A stretch of 26,433 nt of DNA from Candidatus Eiseniibacteriota bacterium (GTDB lineage Bacteria; Eisenbacteria; RBG-16-71-46; CAZEPH01): NCBI GenBank assembly GCA_044229145.1, contig JBGATO010000052.1, positions 1 through 26,433 of the forward strand, in the 5' to 3' direction. Both the position numbers and the translations under genes were made by a program. Shown here one piece after another: positions 18,129 to 25,387 of the stretch. The notes under the pieces were generated by a model. The model saw only the letters and a program-made list of their open reading frames with translations. It was not told the DNA's origin and did not search any database. Each line of letters begins with the position of its first letter. Position 1 is the stretch's first letter.

Positions 18129-19247
18129 CTAGCTCCTCTCCAGGAAGTATCCGGCCACGCCGAGCGCGCACCACGCGACCAGCGCAAGCATTCCGACGAT
18201 ACGGCCGCGGTCGCCCTTGCGGGCCCAGAACGGCACCGTGAACGCCGCCAGGATCGCGGCGAGCCACAGCACGCCGCGCACCGATTGCGGCCCCGGCGCG
18301 CGTTGCAGCAGCGCGTACGGCGCCCAGAAGTACCACGGCGGCTTCGCCCCAGTCGGAGTCGCGAAGGGGTCGGCTGCCGCGTGAAACGGGAACGGCAAGA
18401 ACGCCGCCAAGGTGACCAGTCCGGCGAAGACCAGCATCGCCGCCATCACGAGCGAGTAGAAGTGGTCGCGATACGTGATCGACTTCTCCGGCGCGCTCGC
18501 ATCGGCGTGCGCCAGCCCGATGCGGCGCACCGAGGCGAACGTGACGTACACCATCGTCGCGAACATCAGCGGGAGCACGGTGATGTGGAGGACGTAGAAG
18601 CGCAACAGCACGTCCTCATTCACGACCTTGCCGCCCACGAAGTACGCCAGGATGTTCCCGACGACCGGCAGCGCGTAGAGCACCTCCATCGCGCGCACGC
18701 CGCCCCAGTAGGAGTCGGTGTCCCACGTCAGCAGACGGCCCGTCAGATCCGACTGCACGGCGAGCCAGGTCATCGCCACGCCCGCCATCCACAACAGCTC
18801 GCGCGGCGCGCGGTACAGGCCGTCCCACAGCAATCGAATCAAACGCACGCTGACCAGCGCGATGAGGACGTACGCGCCCCAGGCGTGCATCTGGTGCACG
18901 AACCAGCCGAGCGGCACGTCGCGCACGATGGTGCGGGTGCTGATGAAGGCGGCGTCCGGCGTCGGGCGGTAATAGAACGCCAGGAGCAATCCGGTAATCG
19001 CCTCGATCGCGAACACGACGACGGTGAGCACGCCGAGCAGGCGCGGACCGGACGCGTACGACGCGATGCGGCGACGACTGAGATCGCCGGCCACTTCACG
19101 CAGCGAACGCGTGGTGTCGACCGGCGTGTAGACCAGACCGAAGTGCGTCAGGAAGGAGAAGATCTCTGCGACGTTGACGCGCTCCTCCCACCACTGGAGG
19201 ACGCGGCCCCCGAGTCTCGCCGGGGACGGGCTTGCGTGGTCGCTCAT
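18129..19247 (-). CDS. Cytochrome b of a Rieske/cyt b complex (unsplit, ~7 TM), atypical: lacks both heme bH ligands
   Basis: 'TGLLLAFYY.P', 'GWFVHQMHAWGA', 'Y.APRELLW', 'RFYVLHITVLP' and 'ADPFATP...KPPWYF'. ATGA overlap with the Rieske gene. Confidence 0.9.
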   Translation of the reverse strand: MSDHASPSPARLGGRVLQWWEERVNVAEIFSFLTHFGLVYTPVDTTRSLREVAGDLSRRRIASYASGPRLLGVLTVVVFAIEAITGLLLAFYYRPTPDAAFISTRTIVRDVPLGWFVHQMHAWGAYVLIALVSVRLIRLLWDGLYRAPRELLWMAGVAMTWLAVQSDLTGRLLTWDTDSYWGGVRAMEVLYALPVVGNILAYFVGGKVVNEDVLLRFYVLHITVLPLMFATMVYVTFASVRRIGLAHADASAPEKSITYRDHFYSLVMAAMLVFAGLVTLAAFLPFPFHAAADPFATPTGAKPPWYFWAPYALLQRAPGPQSVRGVLWLAAILAAFTVPFWARKGDRGRIVGMLALVAWCALGVAGYFLERS

Positions 19248-19723
19248 AGCTGGACGTAGATTTCGCCGGTGCGGATGGACACGCTGTATCCCGGCAGAGG
19301 ACGTGGCGGAGGGCCGGCGACGACGCTGCCGGCAAGATCGAATCGGCCGTTATGACACGGGCAGATCATCTGCTTGCGCTCCTTGTCGTAGTTGAGCATG
19401 CAGCGCAGATGCGTGCACACCGCCGACAGCGCGATGACCTGCGACTGACTGGTGCGCACGACATAGAAGGGCGTTTCCCCATGGCGCACCATCTTCCCGT
19501 CACCGACGCGCAGGTCTTCGAGCGCGCCGGCATGGACGATCCGCTCGGCAGCGCTTTCCTCCTTCGAACTGGGGGGACGGAGATAGGCCGTCAATGCGCT
19601 GAGGGCGCCGAGACCCCACACACCGAGAAACGCCTGGCTCACACGTACCAAGAAGCCGCGGCGCGAGGTGCCCGAAGGCTCGGAGGAGGGGCTGCCGGAG
19701 GACGAGAGCGGGCTGGAGTCCAT
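19244..19723 (-). CDS. Rieske [2Fe-2S] subunit (Tat-exported, membrane-anchored)
   Basis: Tat motif 'SRRGFL' plus TM helix. Box I 'CTHLRC', box II 'CPCHNG' and 'GPPPRPL'. Confidence 0.93.
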   Translation of the reverse strand: MDSSPLSSSGSPSSEPSGTSRRGFLVRVSQAFLGVWGLGALSALTAYLRPPSSKEESAAERIVHAGALEDLRVGDGKMVRHGETPFYVVRTSQSQVIALSAVCTHLRCMLNYDKERKQMICPCHNGRFDLAGSVVAGPPPRPLPGYSVSIRTGEIYVQL

Positions 19724-19780
19724 GGGACCTCGTCTGGGGCTTGCGGAGAATTCCGGAGGGGACCGTGCCCACCACGCGAA

Positions 19781-19817
19781 CGGATCGCGACGTTGTGAGA
19801 GAGACCGTCGCGATCCG
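19781..19817. other. Intergenic stem-loop (perfect 12-bp inverted repeat) between the porin and Rieske genes
   Basis: CGGATCGCGACG-N13-CGTCGCGATCCG. Confidence 0.6.
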
Positions 19818-19842
19818 CCGTCGCAGTGTGCCTGCGTGCGAG

Positions 19843-19894
19843 ACGGCTCCGTGGGGCACCGAGGGCCCTCCCTCGCGTGCCCGCACGGATCCGT
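19843..19894 (-). terminator. Long GC-rich stem-loop about 10 nt downstream of the porin stop codon
   Basis: ACGG-c-TCCGTG-GGGCAC-CGAGGG-ccct-CCCTCG-c-GTGCCC-g-CACGGA-t-CCGT, ~22 bp with bulges and no poly-U tail. Confidence 0.55.
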
Positions 19895-19903
19895 TGGAAC
19901 GGA

Positions 19904-22207
19904 CTAGAACCGGCGCGTCACGACCAGAGCCGCAACATTCGCCTTGTAGTTCAGGAGCTTGTCCCCGAGGTAGATCCCGGTGCTGGCGACCGCCGCATCC
20001 GACGACGCGAAGACCACCGGAATGTTGTCGAGACTGAAGTCCTTCGCCTTGAAGATCTGGCGGCCGTAGCGCACACCAACCTGCGTGTCGCGCAACGGAG
20101 TCACCATGAACTGCGCGCTGATGTCGTGACGACGGTAGGTGATCGTCGGCACGTCCCCACCCGTCCACGGCACGACCTTGCCGCTGACCAAGTCGAAGGC
20201 CTGCAGCATGTCATACGCGGTCCGGGAGGCATCGAACTCGTAGTTCACGGTGAACGTCGTCTTGTTCGACTTCGACGCCCAGCCGAGACTCGAGAGCACC
20301 AGCGAGTTGTAGTCGTCGGTGTGGATCTGCCACGCGAGCGAGTCGTCCTGACGCAGCACCGCCGCGCCACTGTACTTCGAGTGCATGTCCGACTCGGACT
20401 TGCCGTAGCCGTAGCCGACCGACAGGTCGAGCGCCGACGACGGGTGCAGACAGACGTTGGCGACCACGTTGTTCGCCTTGTTCATGAGCAGACCAAGCTG
20501 ACCACCGTAGGTGGTGACGAGGTTGTTGATCTCCTCGGTGCCCTGGGTGAAGTCATTCTTGTAGTAGTCGTAGGTGGCCGAGAAGTCGACCTTCTCGCTG
20601 GCCATCCACGAGAACATCCCACGCGCCTTGTTCTGCTTGCGGTCCCCGACGTCGAAGCGGCGCAGGTTCGGCTGCTCGACGAAGGCCCCGCCCGCCCCCT
20701 CGAAGTCCTCGAGCAGCACGGCTTCATCCGGAGACCGGTGACCGGTCTGGTAGCTGCCGTACAGCTTGACGCCCTTCATCGGACGCAGCGTCGCGTTGCC
20801 CATCAGGACGTTCTCGGCGTCCTTCTCGACCTCGCGATGGGTGTGCTCACGCTTCCGGTGTTCCGCGGTGACGCCCACGTTGAACTGCGACACGACGTCG
20901 TAGTCCAAGTCGGCGCCGAACACGGTCGACGAGTTGCCGAACGGGTCGGCCTCGAACGGGCCCTTCTGCAGGGTCTGGTCGTAGGCCACCGAGGCGCCAT
21001 ACTCGTGCACCGGCGTCTTGTTGTCGTACTTGTAGTAGTTGAAGCGGCCGGTCGCGTCCAGGTTCTGCATGGCACGCGTCGTCAGCTTACCGTCCAACTT
21101 GGTCACGTCCGCCGAGCCGCCGAGGCTCGTCGCGCCATCGAGGAACGCGAGCGGAGTCGCCGGGTACTTCGCCGCCGTGTCGATCACCGCCTGGTTGGTC
21201 GTGAAGGCGGTAAACGGGTCATCCTGCGTCATGCGGGTCATGCCGGCGACGATCGTCGCGTAGGTCTGACTCGGCAGGTTGAACGACAGCGCGAGATTGC
21301 CACGCACCGCCTTGTTGTCCGGGTACATGTCCATCGCACCGTAGCCCGCACCGGCGTTGTTGCCGGCGGCACTGCTGGTGAGACGGCGCGGGTTGTCCCA
21401 GAGAATCGTCGATGCGTAGTTCTTGAACTGCGAGATCCCACCTTCCACGCGGGCGACCATGCTCTTGCCGGTGTAGGTCAAGCCCACCCCGCCGTCGAGC
21501 GTCCGCTGGTTGATCGGCTCCCAGATTTCCATCGCACCACTGAACCCGAACGCCGCCGACCACGGCTTGGTGCCCGAACGGTCACGCTTCTCGCCGGTGA
21601 AGTCCACCTGCCAACCCTTCGCGGGCCGCATGGCGATCTTGGCGTTGGCGGCGTCCGTGCGGAAGCCGATCGGCATGAGCGGTGAGTTGCGGAGCAGGTC
21701 CGCGACACGGCCGTTGTACTTCGCGCCGGCCGCCGTAGCCGCCGAGCCGCTGACGTTGAGCAGCTGCTCGTTCCACACCTGGAAAGAGTCCGGCAGCATG
21801 AAGTTCCACACGCCGTTCCCCATGTTCACCGCATCGTACGGCGACCGCGTGATGAAGCTGAAGTTGTGCGGCGTCTGGACGTAGCTCGCCGACACTTCGT
21901 AGCGGATCCCGTTCGAGTAGTTGAACCGTGCATTTTCGTCGTCGCGCAGAGCGTTGGCGCCCGAGAACTCCCAGGAGCGCTTGCCCTTCTCGCCCGACAC
22001 CATCCAGTTCTCGACGAACCCGCCGCGCTTGACGTCACGGAACTCGACGAACTTCGCCTCGGGTTGCGTCTGGTCGTACCACAGCCCGCCGAACGTCACG
22101 AAGTTCTTGAGCGGTTCGGCGTTTTGCGCCTGCGTCATGGAAGGCAGCAAGGCCCACGAGACGCACGCGACCACGATACAGCCACGCATCATCTTTTTCG
22201 CGTTCAT
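19904..22207 (-). CDS. MtrB/PioB-family decaheme-associated outer-membrane beta-barrel
   Basis: Signal peptide ending 'TQA', 'AKFVEFRD' near the N-terminus, 'EPINQRT', 'PDN', 'LRRFDVGDR', amphipathic beta-strands and C-terminal Phe. 767 aa, starting 10 nt after the decaheme gene. Confidence 0.9.
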   Translation of the reverse strand: MNAKKMMRGCIVVACVSWALLPSMTQAQNAEPLKNFVTFGGLWYDQTQPEAKFVEFRDVKRGGFVENWMVSGEKGKRSWEFSGANALRDDENARFNYSNGIRYEVSASYVQTPHNFSFITRSPYDAVNMGNGVWNFMLPDSFQVWNEQLLNVSGSAATAAGAKYNGRVADLLRNSPLMPIGFRTDAANAKIAMRPAKGWQVDFTGEKRDRSGTKPWSAAFGFSGAMEIWEPINQRTLDGGVGLTYTGKSMVARVEGGISQFKNYASTILWDNPRRLTSSAAGNNAGAGYGAMDMYPDNKAVRGNLALSFNLPSQTYATIVAGMTRMTQDDPFTAFTTNQAVIDTAAKYPATPLAFLDGATSLGGSADVTKLDGKLTTRAMQNLDATGRFNYYKYDNKTPVHEYGASVAYDQTLQKGPFEADPFGNSSTVFGADLDYDVVSQFNVGVTAEHRKREHTHREVEKDAENVLMGNATLRPMKGVKLYGSYQTGHRSPDEAVLLEDFEGAGGAFVEQPNLRRFDVGDRKQNKARGMFSWMASEKVDFSATYDYYKNDFTQGTEEINNLVTTYGGQLGLLMNKANNVVANVCLHPSSALDLSVGYGYGKSESDMHSKYSGAAVLRQDDSLAWQIHTDDYNSLVLSSLGWASKSNKTTFTVNYEFDASRTAYDMLQAFDLVSGKVVPWTGGDVPTITYRRHDISAQFMVTPLRDTQVGVRYGRQIFKAKDFSLDNIPVVFASSDAAVASTGIYLGDKLLNYKANVAALVVTRRF

Positions 22208-22217
22208 CGCTGGCCCC

Positions 22218-23282
22218 CTACCTCAAGAAGTACCGGCCCGTCGGGCTGTTCGACCCGTGGACCTGGCTGTGGCAGTTCGTGCAGGACCGGTTGTACAGAC
22301 GGTTGCTGGCAAGGTCCTGACGGTCGTACAGCGTTGCCGGGTGGCGCCCACCGACGTGGCACTCCTGGCAGAGGTACGGACGCTTGGCGACGAGCAACTT
22401 GTCGTTGTTCGAGCCGTGCGCGTCGTGGCAGTTCAAGCAGTTCTCACGCACCGGAGCGTGGTCGAACAGGAACGGCCCGCGCTTGTCGGCGTGACACTTG
22501 TAGCAAAGCTCGTTGGCGCTCGCGGCGCGAATCGCCTTCGGACCGTCGCTGCCATGCGGGTTGTGGCAGGACGTGCAGTTCATCGTCGGGTCGTGCAACG
22601 GCATGTGCGCCGACTTGGCGAACTGCGCCTTCTTGTCATCGTGGCAGGAGAAGCAGATCGCGTTCACGTCCGACTTGGTGAGAAGCGGGTTCACCGCGTC
22701 TTCCGCCGGCGAGTGGACGCTGTGGCACGACAAGCAGCTCACACCCTTCTTGGCGTGCTTGGCGTGCTGCCACTGCATCTGGTCCCCACCCTTGTGGCAC
22801 GACGTGCAGGTCTCGTTCACCTGCGCCGCGGCCTGGTTCTTCGGGTTCATGATGGTGGCGAACCCAGGGTCCTTCGTGTCGCCGCCCGCGTTGACGTGGA
22901 GCGAGCCCGGCCCGTGGCACGACTCGCAGGACACGTCCTTGACGAGCACCGAGCCATCCATGCTGGCGCGGCCATGCGGAGACGACATGAACTTGGTGGC
23001 GTGTGTTTCGTGGCATTGCTTACACGCGTCCGACCCTACGTACGTGGCGCCCGAGGGTGCCGCGGCAAAGGAATCGGACCAGCACGCGCCGCCGAGGAGT
23101 ACCACCAAGACAACGCCTAGTGCAGCGAGGCACACTGCGCGTCCTCGGTTCATTGCGGCCCTCCGTGGAACGGGTTTTCCCGCGGCCTTGTCGTGGAGAC
23201 GCCGAACTGTTTCGGGCGCGCGGGCAACCCGAGGAATCGAGTGAGGCGCACCATGCGTCAGGCTTCTCACCAGCTCGCGCAT
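22218..23282 (-). CDS. Decaheme cytochrome c, DmsE/MtrA/MtoA/PioA family
   Basis: 10 CxxCH motifs, 'CESCHGPGS.H', 'CTSCHNPHGS', 'KRGPFLFDHAPV.ENC.NCH.AHGS' and 'CTNCHSQVHGSNSP'. In-frame ATG starts at 23282 and 23153 both have a good RBS. Confidence 0.95.
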   Translation of the reverse strand: MRELVRSLTHGAPHSIPRVARAPETVRRLHDKAAGKPVPRRAAMNRGRAVCLAALGVVLVVLLGGACWSDSFAAAPSGATYVGSDACKQCHETHATKFMSSPHGRASMDGSVLVKDVSCESCHGPGSLHVNAGGDTKDPGFATIMNPKNQAAAQVNETCTSCHKGGDQMQWQHAKHAKKGVSCLSCHSVHSPAEDAVNPLLTKSDVNAICFSCHDDKKAQFAKSAHMPLHDPTMNCTSCHNPHGSDGPKAIRAASANELCYKCHADKRGPFLFDHAPVRENCLNCHDAHGSNNDKLLVAKRPYLCQECHVGGRHPATLYDRQDLASNRLYNRSCTNCHSQVHGSNSPTGRYFLR

Positions 23283-23671
23283 CGTTCGGTCCTCCCTCGC
23301 AACAGCACGGTGTTCGTGAACCTCTGTGATGGCACGTCAGGGCGGTTCGGGATTGCCCCAGCGCATTGCATCGGCCAGGAAGGTACTCATGCGTTAGGGG
23401 GCCAGCTATGCGACTTAGGGTGCAATAGGCTTTCGATCGCCGGAGGGCTTCTCGATCCCGCGCCCCTGTCAATGCGACACATATACAGTGATGTACTACT
23501 TCTAGTGCTCACTATGGCGTTCTAAAGAGGCCAACACAATTACCAAGTCGCATTGTGAGAAACGGTCCGTTTACGGCGGCGTCACACGAGCGCCGCACGG
23601 GTACGCCCATTGTCCCGCGCGGCCTCCACCCAACGGCCAATGCCGCCTCTGCGGGCATTCCCCTAAACGTC

Positions 23672-24214
23672 CTACGCGCGCAATCCGGCCGCCCAGCGAT
23701 AGCAGGCCCGGGCAACCGGAATGGCGAGCACCACACCGGCACAGGCGAGCGCCGCGCCGGCCAGCGGTTCGCCGACGGCGTCCTGGAGTAATCCGCCCAA
23801 GCGATCGAGTGCCTCACGTGCGAGCCCTGCGCGTCCCCCATCGCCGAGGACGAAGGGCAAAGCGACCGCAGCGACAAGGAATCCCGCGAGGAATCCGCCC
23901 GCCACCTCGGGACTGCGCCACACGTCCCGCCAGCCGGCCGGCGCTGGGGCTGCCTCCGGCGTGGCCGCAGGACGCGTCAAGGTATCCACGGCGATGCGCG
24001 CCATCACCGCATCGGCAAAGTGGACGGCCGGCGGGGCCGGCTGCTCCACCCACGCCTCGAACGCGCGGTGCGCGTCCCAGGCTCGCGCACACGGTGCGCA
24101 GGTGGCGATGTGCGTGTGGAGACGCGTAGCATCGGGCGCCTCGCCCGGCGCTCCCCCGTCGAGCCAGCGCTCGACGCGCACGCAGAAGGAAGCGTCGCGA
24201 TCATTCGCCGTCAC
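23672..24214 (-). CDS. Putative zinc-binding (ZAS-type) transmembrane anti-sigma factor
   Basis: 'HIATCAPC' (HxxxCxxC) with an upstream Cys, 'FADAVMARI', and two C-terminal hydrophobic segments. Overlaps the ECF sigma stop. GTG 24214 has an AGGAG RBS. Confidence 0.78.
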   Translation of the reverse strand: MTANDRDASFCVRVERWLDGGAPGEAPDATRLHTHIATCAPCARAWDAHRAFEAWVEQPAPPAVHFADAVMARIAVDTLTRPAATPEAAPAPAGWRDVWRSPEVAGGFLAGFLVAAVALPFVLGDGGRAGLAREALDRLGGLLQDAVGEPLAGAALACAGVVLAIPVARACYRWAAGLRA

Positions 24215-24800
24215 GGCTCGCTCTCCTTTCCGCCCGCGCATACGCCTCGCGCAGGGTTGCGCGGGCCCGCGACAGGTGCGACTTCACGGTTCCCTCGGGC
24301 ATCTCCAACACCTCCGCCACCTCTCGCACCGACCGGTCATGCCAGTAGAACAGCACCACCGCGGCGCGGCCCACCGGCGGCAACGACTCGAGGAGCACCG
24401 CCCACTGCGTCTCGTGCTCCTCCGCCGCGGGAGCCGCCGCCCGGTCGAGCACGCCGTCGAGTTCCGCGATCTCATGCTGGCGGCGCTGCGCTCCGCGTCG
24501 TTGCGCGTCCCACGCGACCCGCACGACGATGCGATGCATCCAGGTGGCGAACGACGCCTCGCCGCGAAACGCGGGCAGTGCCCGCCACGCCCGGACGAAG
24601 GCGTCTTGCGCGATCTCTTCGGCATCGCGCGCATCGCGCACCAACCGCCGCGCCAAGGCGCGCGCGCGCGGCGCATGCGCCTCCACGAGAGCGCGGAAGG
24701 CGCCCGCGTCGCCGGCACGCGCGGCATCCACCAGCTCGGATTCGTCGCGCGCGCCCGGGCTGGTGGCGGACGTCGGAGGCACGCTGGTGGCGGCGATCAT
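24201..24800 (-). CDS. ECF-family RNA polymerase sigma-70 factor
   Basis: 'GDAGAFRALV', 'DAEEIAQDAFVRAW..L..FRGEASF.TW' and 'EVAEVLEMPEGTVKSHLSRAR'. Start uncertain (24800 or 24824). Confidence 0.93.
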   Translation of the reverse strand: MIAATSVPPTSATSPGARDESELVDAARAGDAGAFRALVEAHAPRARALARRLVRDARDAEEIAQDAFVRAWRALPAFRGEASFATWMHRIVVRVAWDAQRRGAQRRQHEIAELDGVLDRAAAPAAEEHETQWAVLLESLPPVGRAAVVLFYWHDRSVREVAEVLEMPEGTVKSHLSRARATLREAYARAERRASRDGE

Positions 24801-24810
24801 CGTCAGGTGT

Positions 24811-24839
24811 GGACCGCAGGCCACGCCCTCGCGGTTTCA
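24811..24839 (-). promoter_or_regulatory. Putative ECF (auto)promoter for the sigma/anti-sigma operon
   Basis: TGAAACC-N16-CGGTC(C) on the minus strand, ending about 10 nt before ATG 24800. Confidence 0.6.
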
Positions 24840-24880
24840 AGAAAATGCACGGGGCGAAGAATCGCACGTGCGGCGATTTC

Positions 24881-24909
24881 TGCAACCACCGGATCACCGG
24901 CCCCGGTCA
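24881..24909 (+). promoter_or_regulatory. Putative ECF promoter for the divergent membrane-protein gene
   Basis: TGCAACC-N16-CGGTC(A), with the same spacing as the minus-strand copy. Confidence 0.6.
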
Positions 24910-24988
24910 GTACGGCCGACGCACACCGCAGCCGCATGCGCGGACCGCCGGGCGGCGCACCCACCCATTCAGAGGAGGATTCACGTCC

Positions 24989-25387
24989 ATGCACAACGAT
25001 CTCACCCCGCTCGTCGTCCTCGGACCGCTCCTGCTCATCGTCGGCGGCATCGTCCTGGGAGCCCTGCGTGCCCGGCACGGTTACCGCCTGCGGGAACTTG
25101 CGTTCAGGGAGCGGTTGGCGGCCATCGAACGCGGGGTCGACCCGGCTGCACTCCCCGCGCCCTCCGACGCGCCCCTCCCCGGAACCGGGGAGCGCCCCGC
25201 CGATCCGGCACAATTCTGGTACACGTTTGGCATCATGGCGCTGTTCGTGGGGGTCGGGATCGCGATCTTCCTGCGCTGTATCGCACCGCACGACGAGGCG
25301 TGGTTCCTCGGCATCGTGCCGGTGTTCAGTGGCGTGGGGTCCCTCGTGTGCGGGGCCCTCGTGGACCGGCGCGCCCAGCGGCGCTAG
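24989..25387 (+). CDS. Small membrane protein (DUF6249-like, ECF-associated)
   Basis: ATG 24989 has an AGGAGG RBS. TM helix, then 'RERLAAIERG.DP', then two TM helices ('GIMALFVGVGI', 'LGIVPVFSGVG'). 132 aa; the family label is from recall. Confidence 0.75.
   Translation: MHNDLTPLVVLGPLLLIVGGIVLGALRARHGYRLRELAFRERLAAIERGVDPAALPAPSDAPLPGTGERPADPAQFWYTFGIMALFVGVGIAIFLRCIAPHDEAWFLGIVPVFSGVGSLVCGALVDRRAQRR

Noticed and set aside
18129..19247. Cytochrome b as a pseudogene
   Set aside because: No frameshift or stop, full length, translationally coupled, and both bL ligands are retained.
19826..21685. 619-aa plus-strand ORF and other long antisense ORFs (e.g. 974-2491, 10578-12029, 11906-13591, 15427-16923, 23721-25391)
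   Set aside because: All lie opposite well-supported genes and lack recognisable domains.
23075..23100. Possible lipobox (LGGAC) in the decaheme signal peptide
   Set aside because: The -3 residue is Gly, which is non-canonical. A signal peptidase I site (SFA/AAA) follows, and this family is normally soluble periplasmic.
23160..23400. Possible c-di-GMP/cGAMP (GEMM) riboswitch upstream of the decaheme gene
   Set aside because: GGCAA...GGTTGCC ends are present, but the conserved GAAA tetraloop/receptor and GCAAA core could not be found. An Infernal search would be needed.
23467..23472. Perfect TTGACA -35 on the minus strand
   Set aside because: No plausible -10 hexamer at 16-18 nt spacing.
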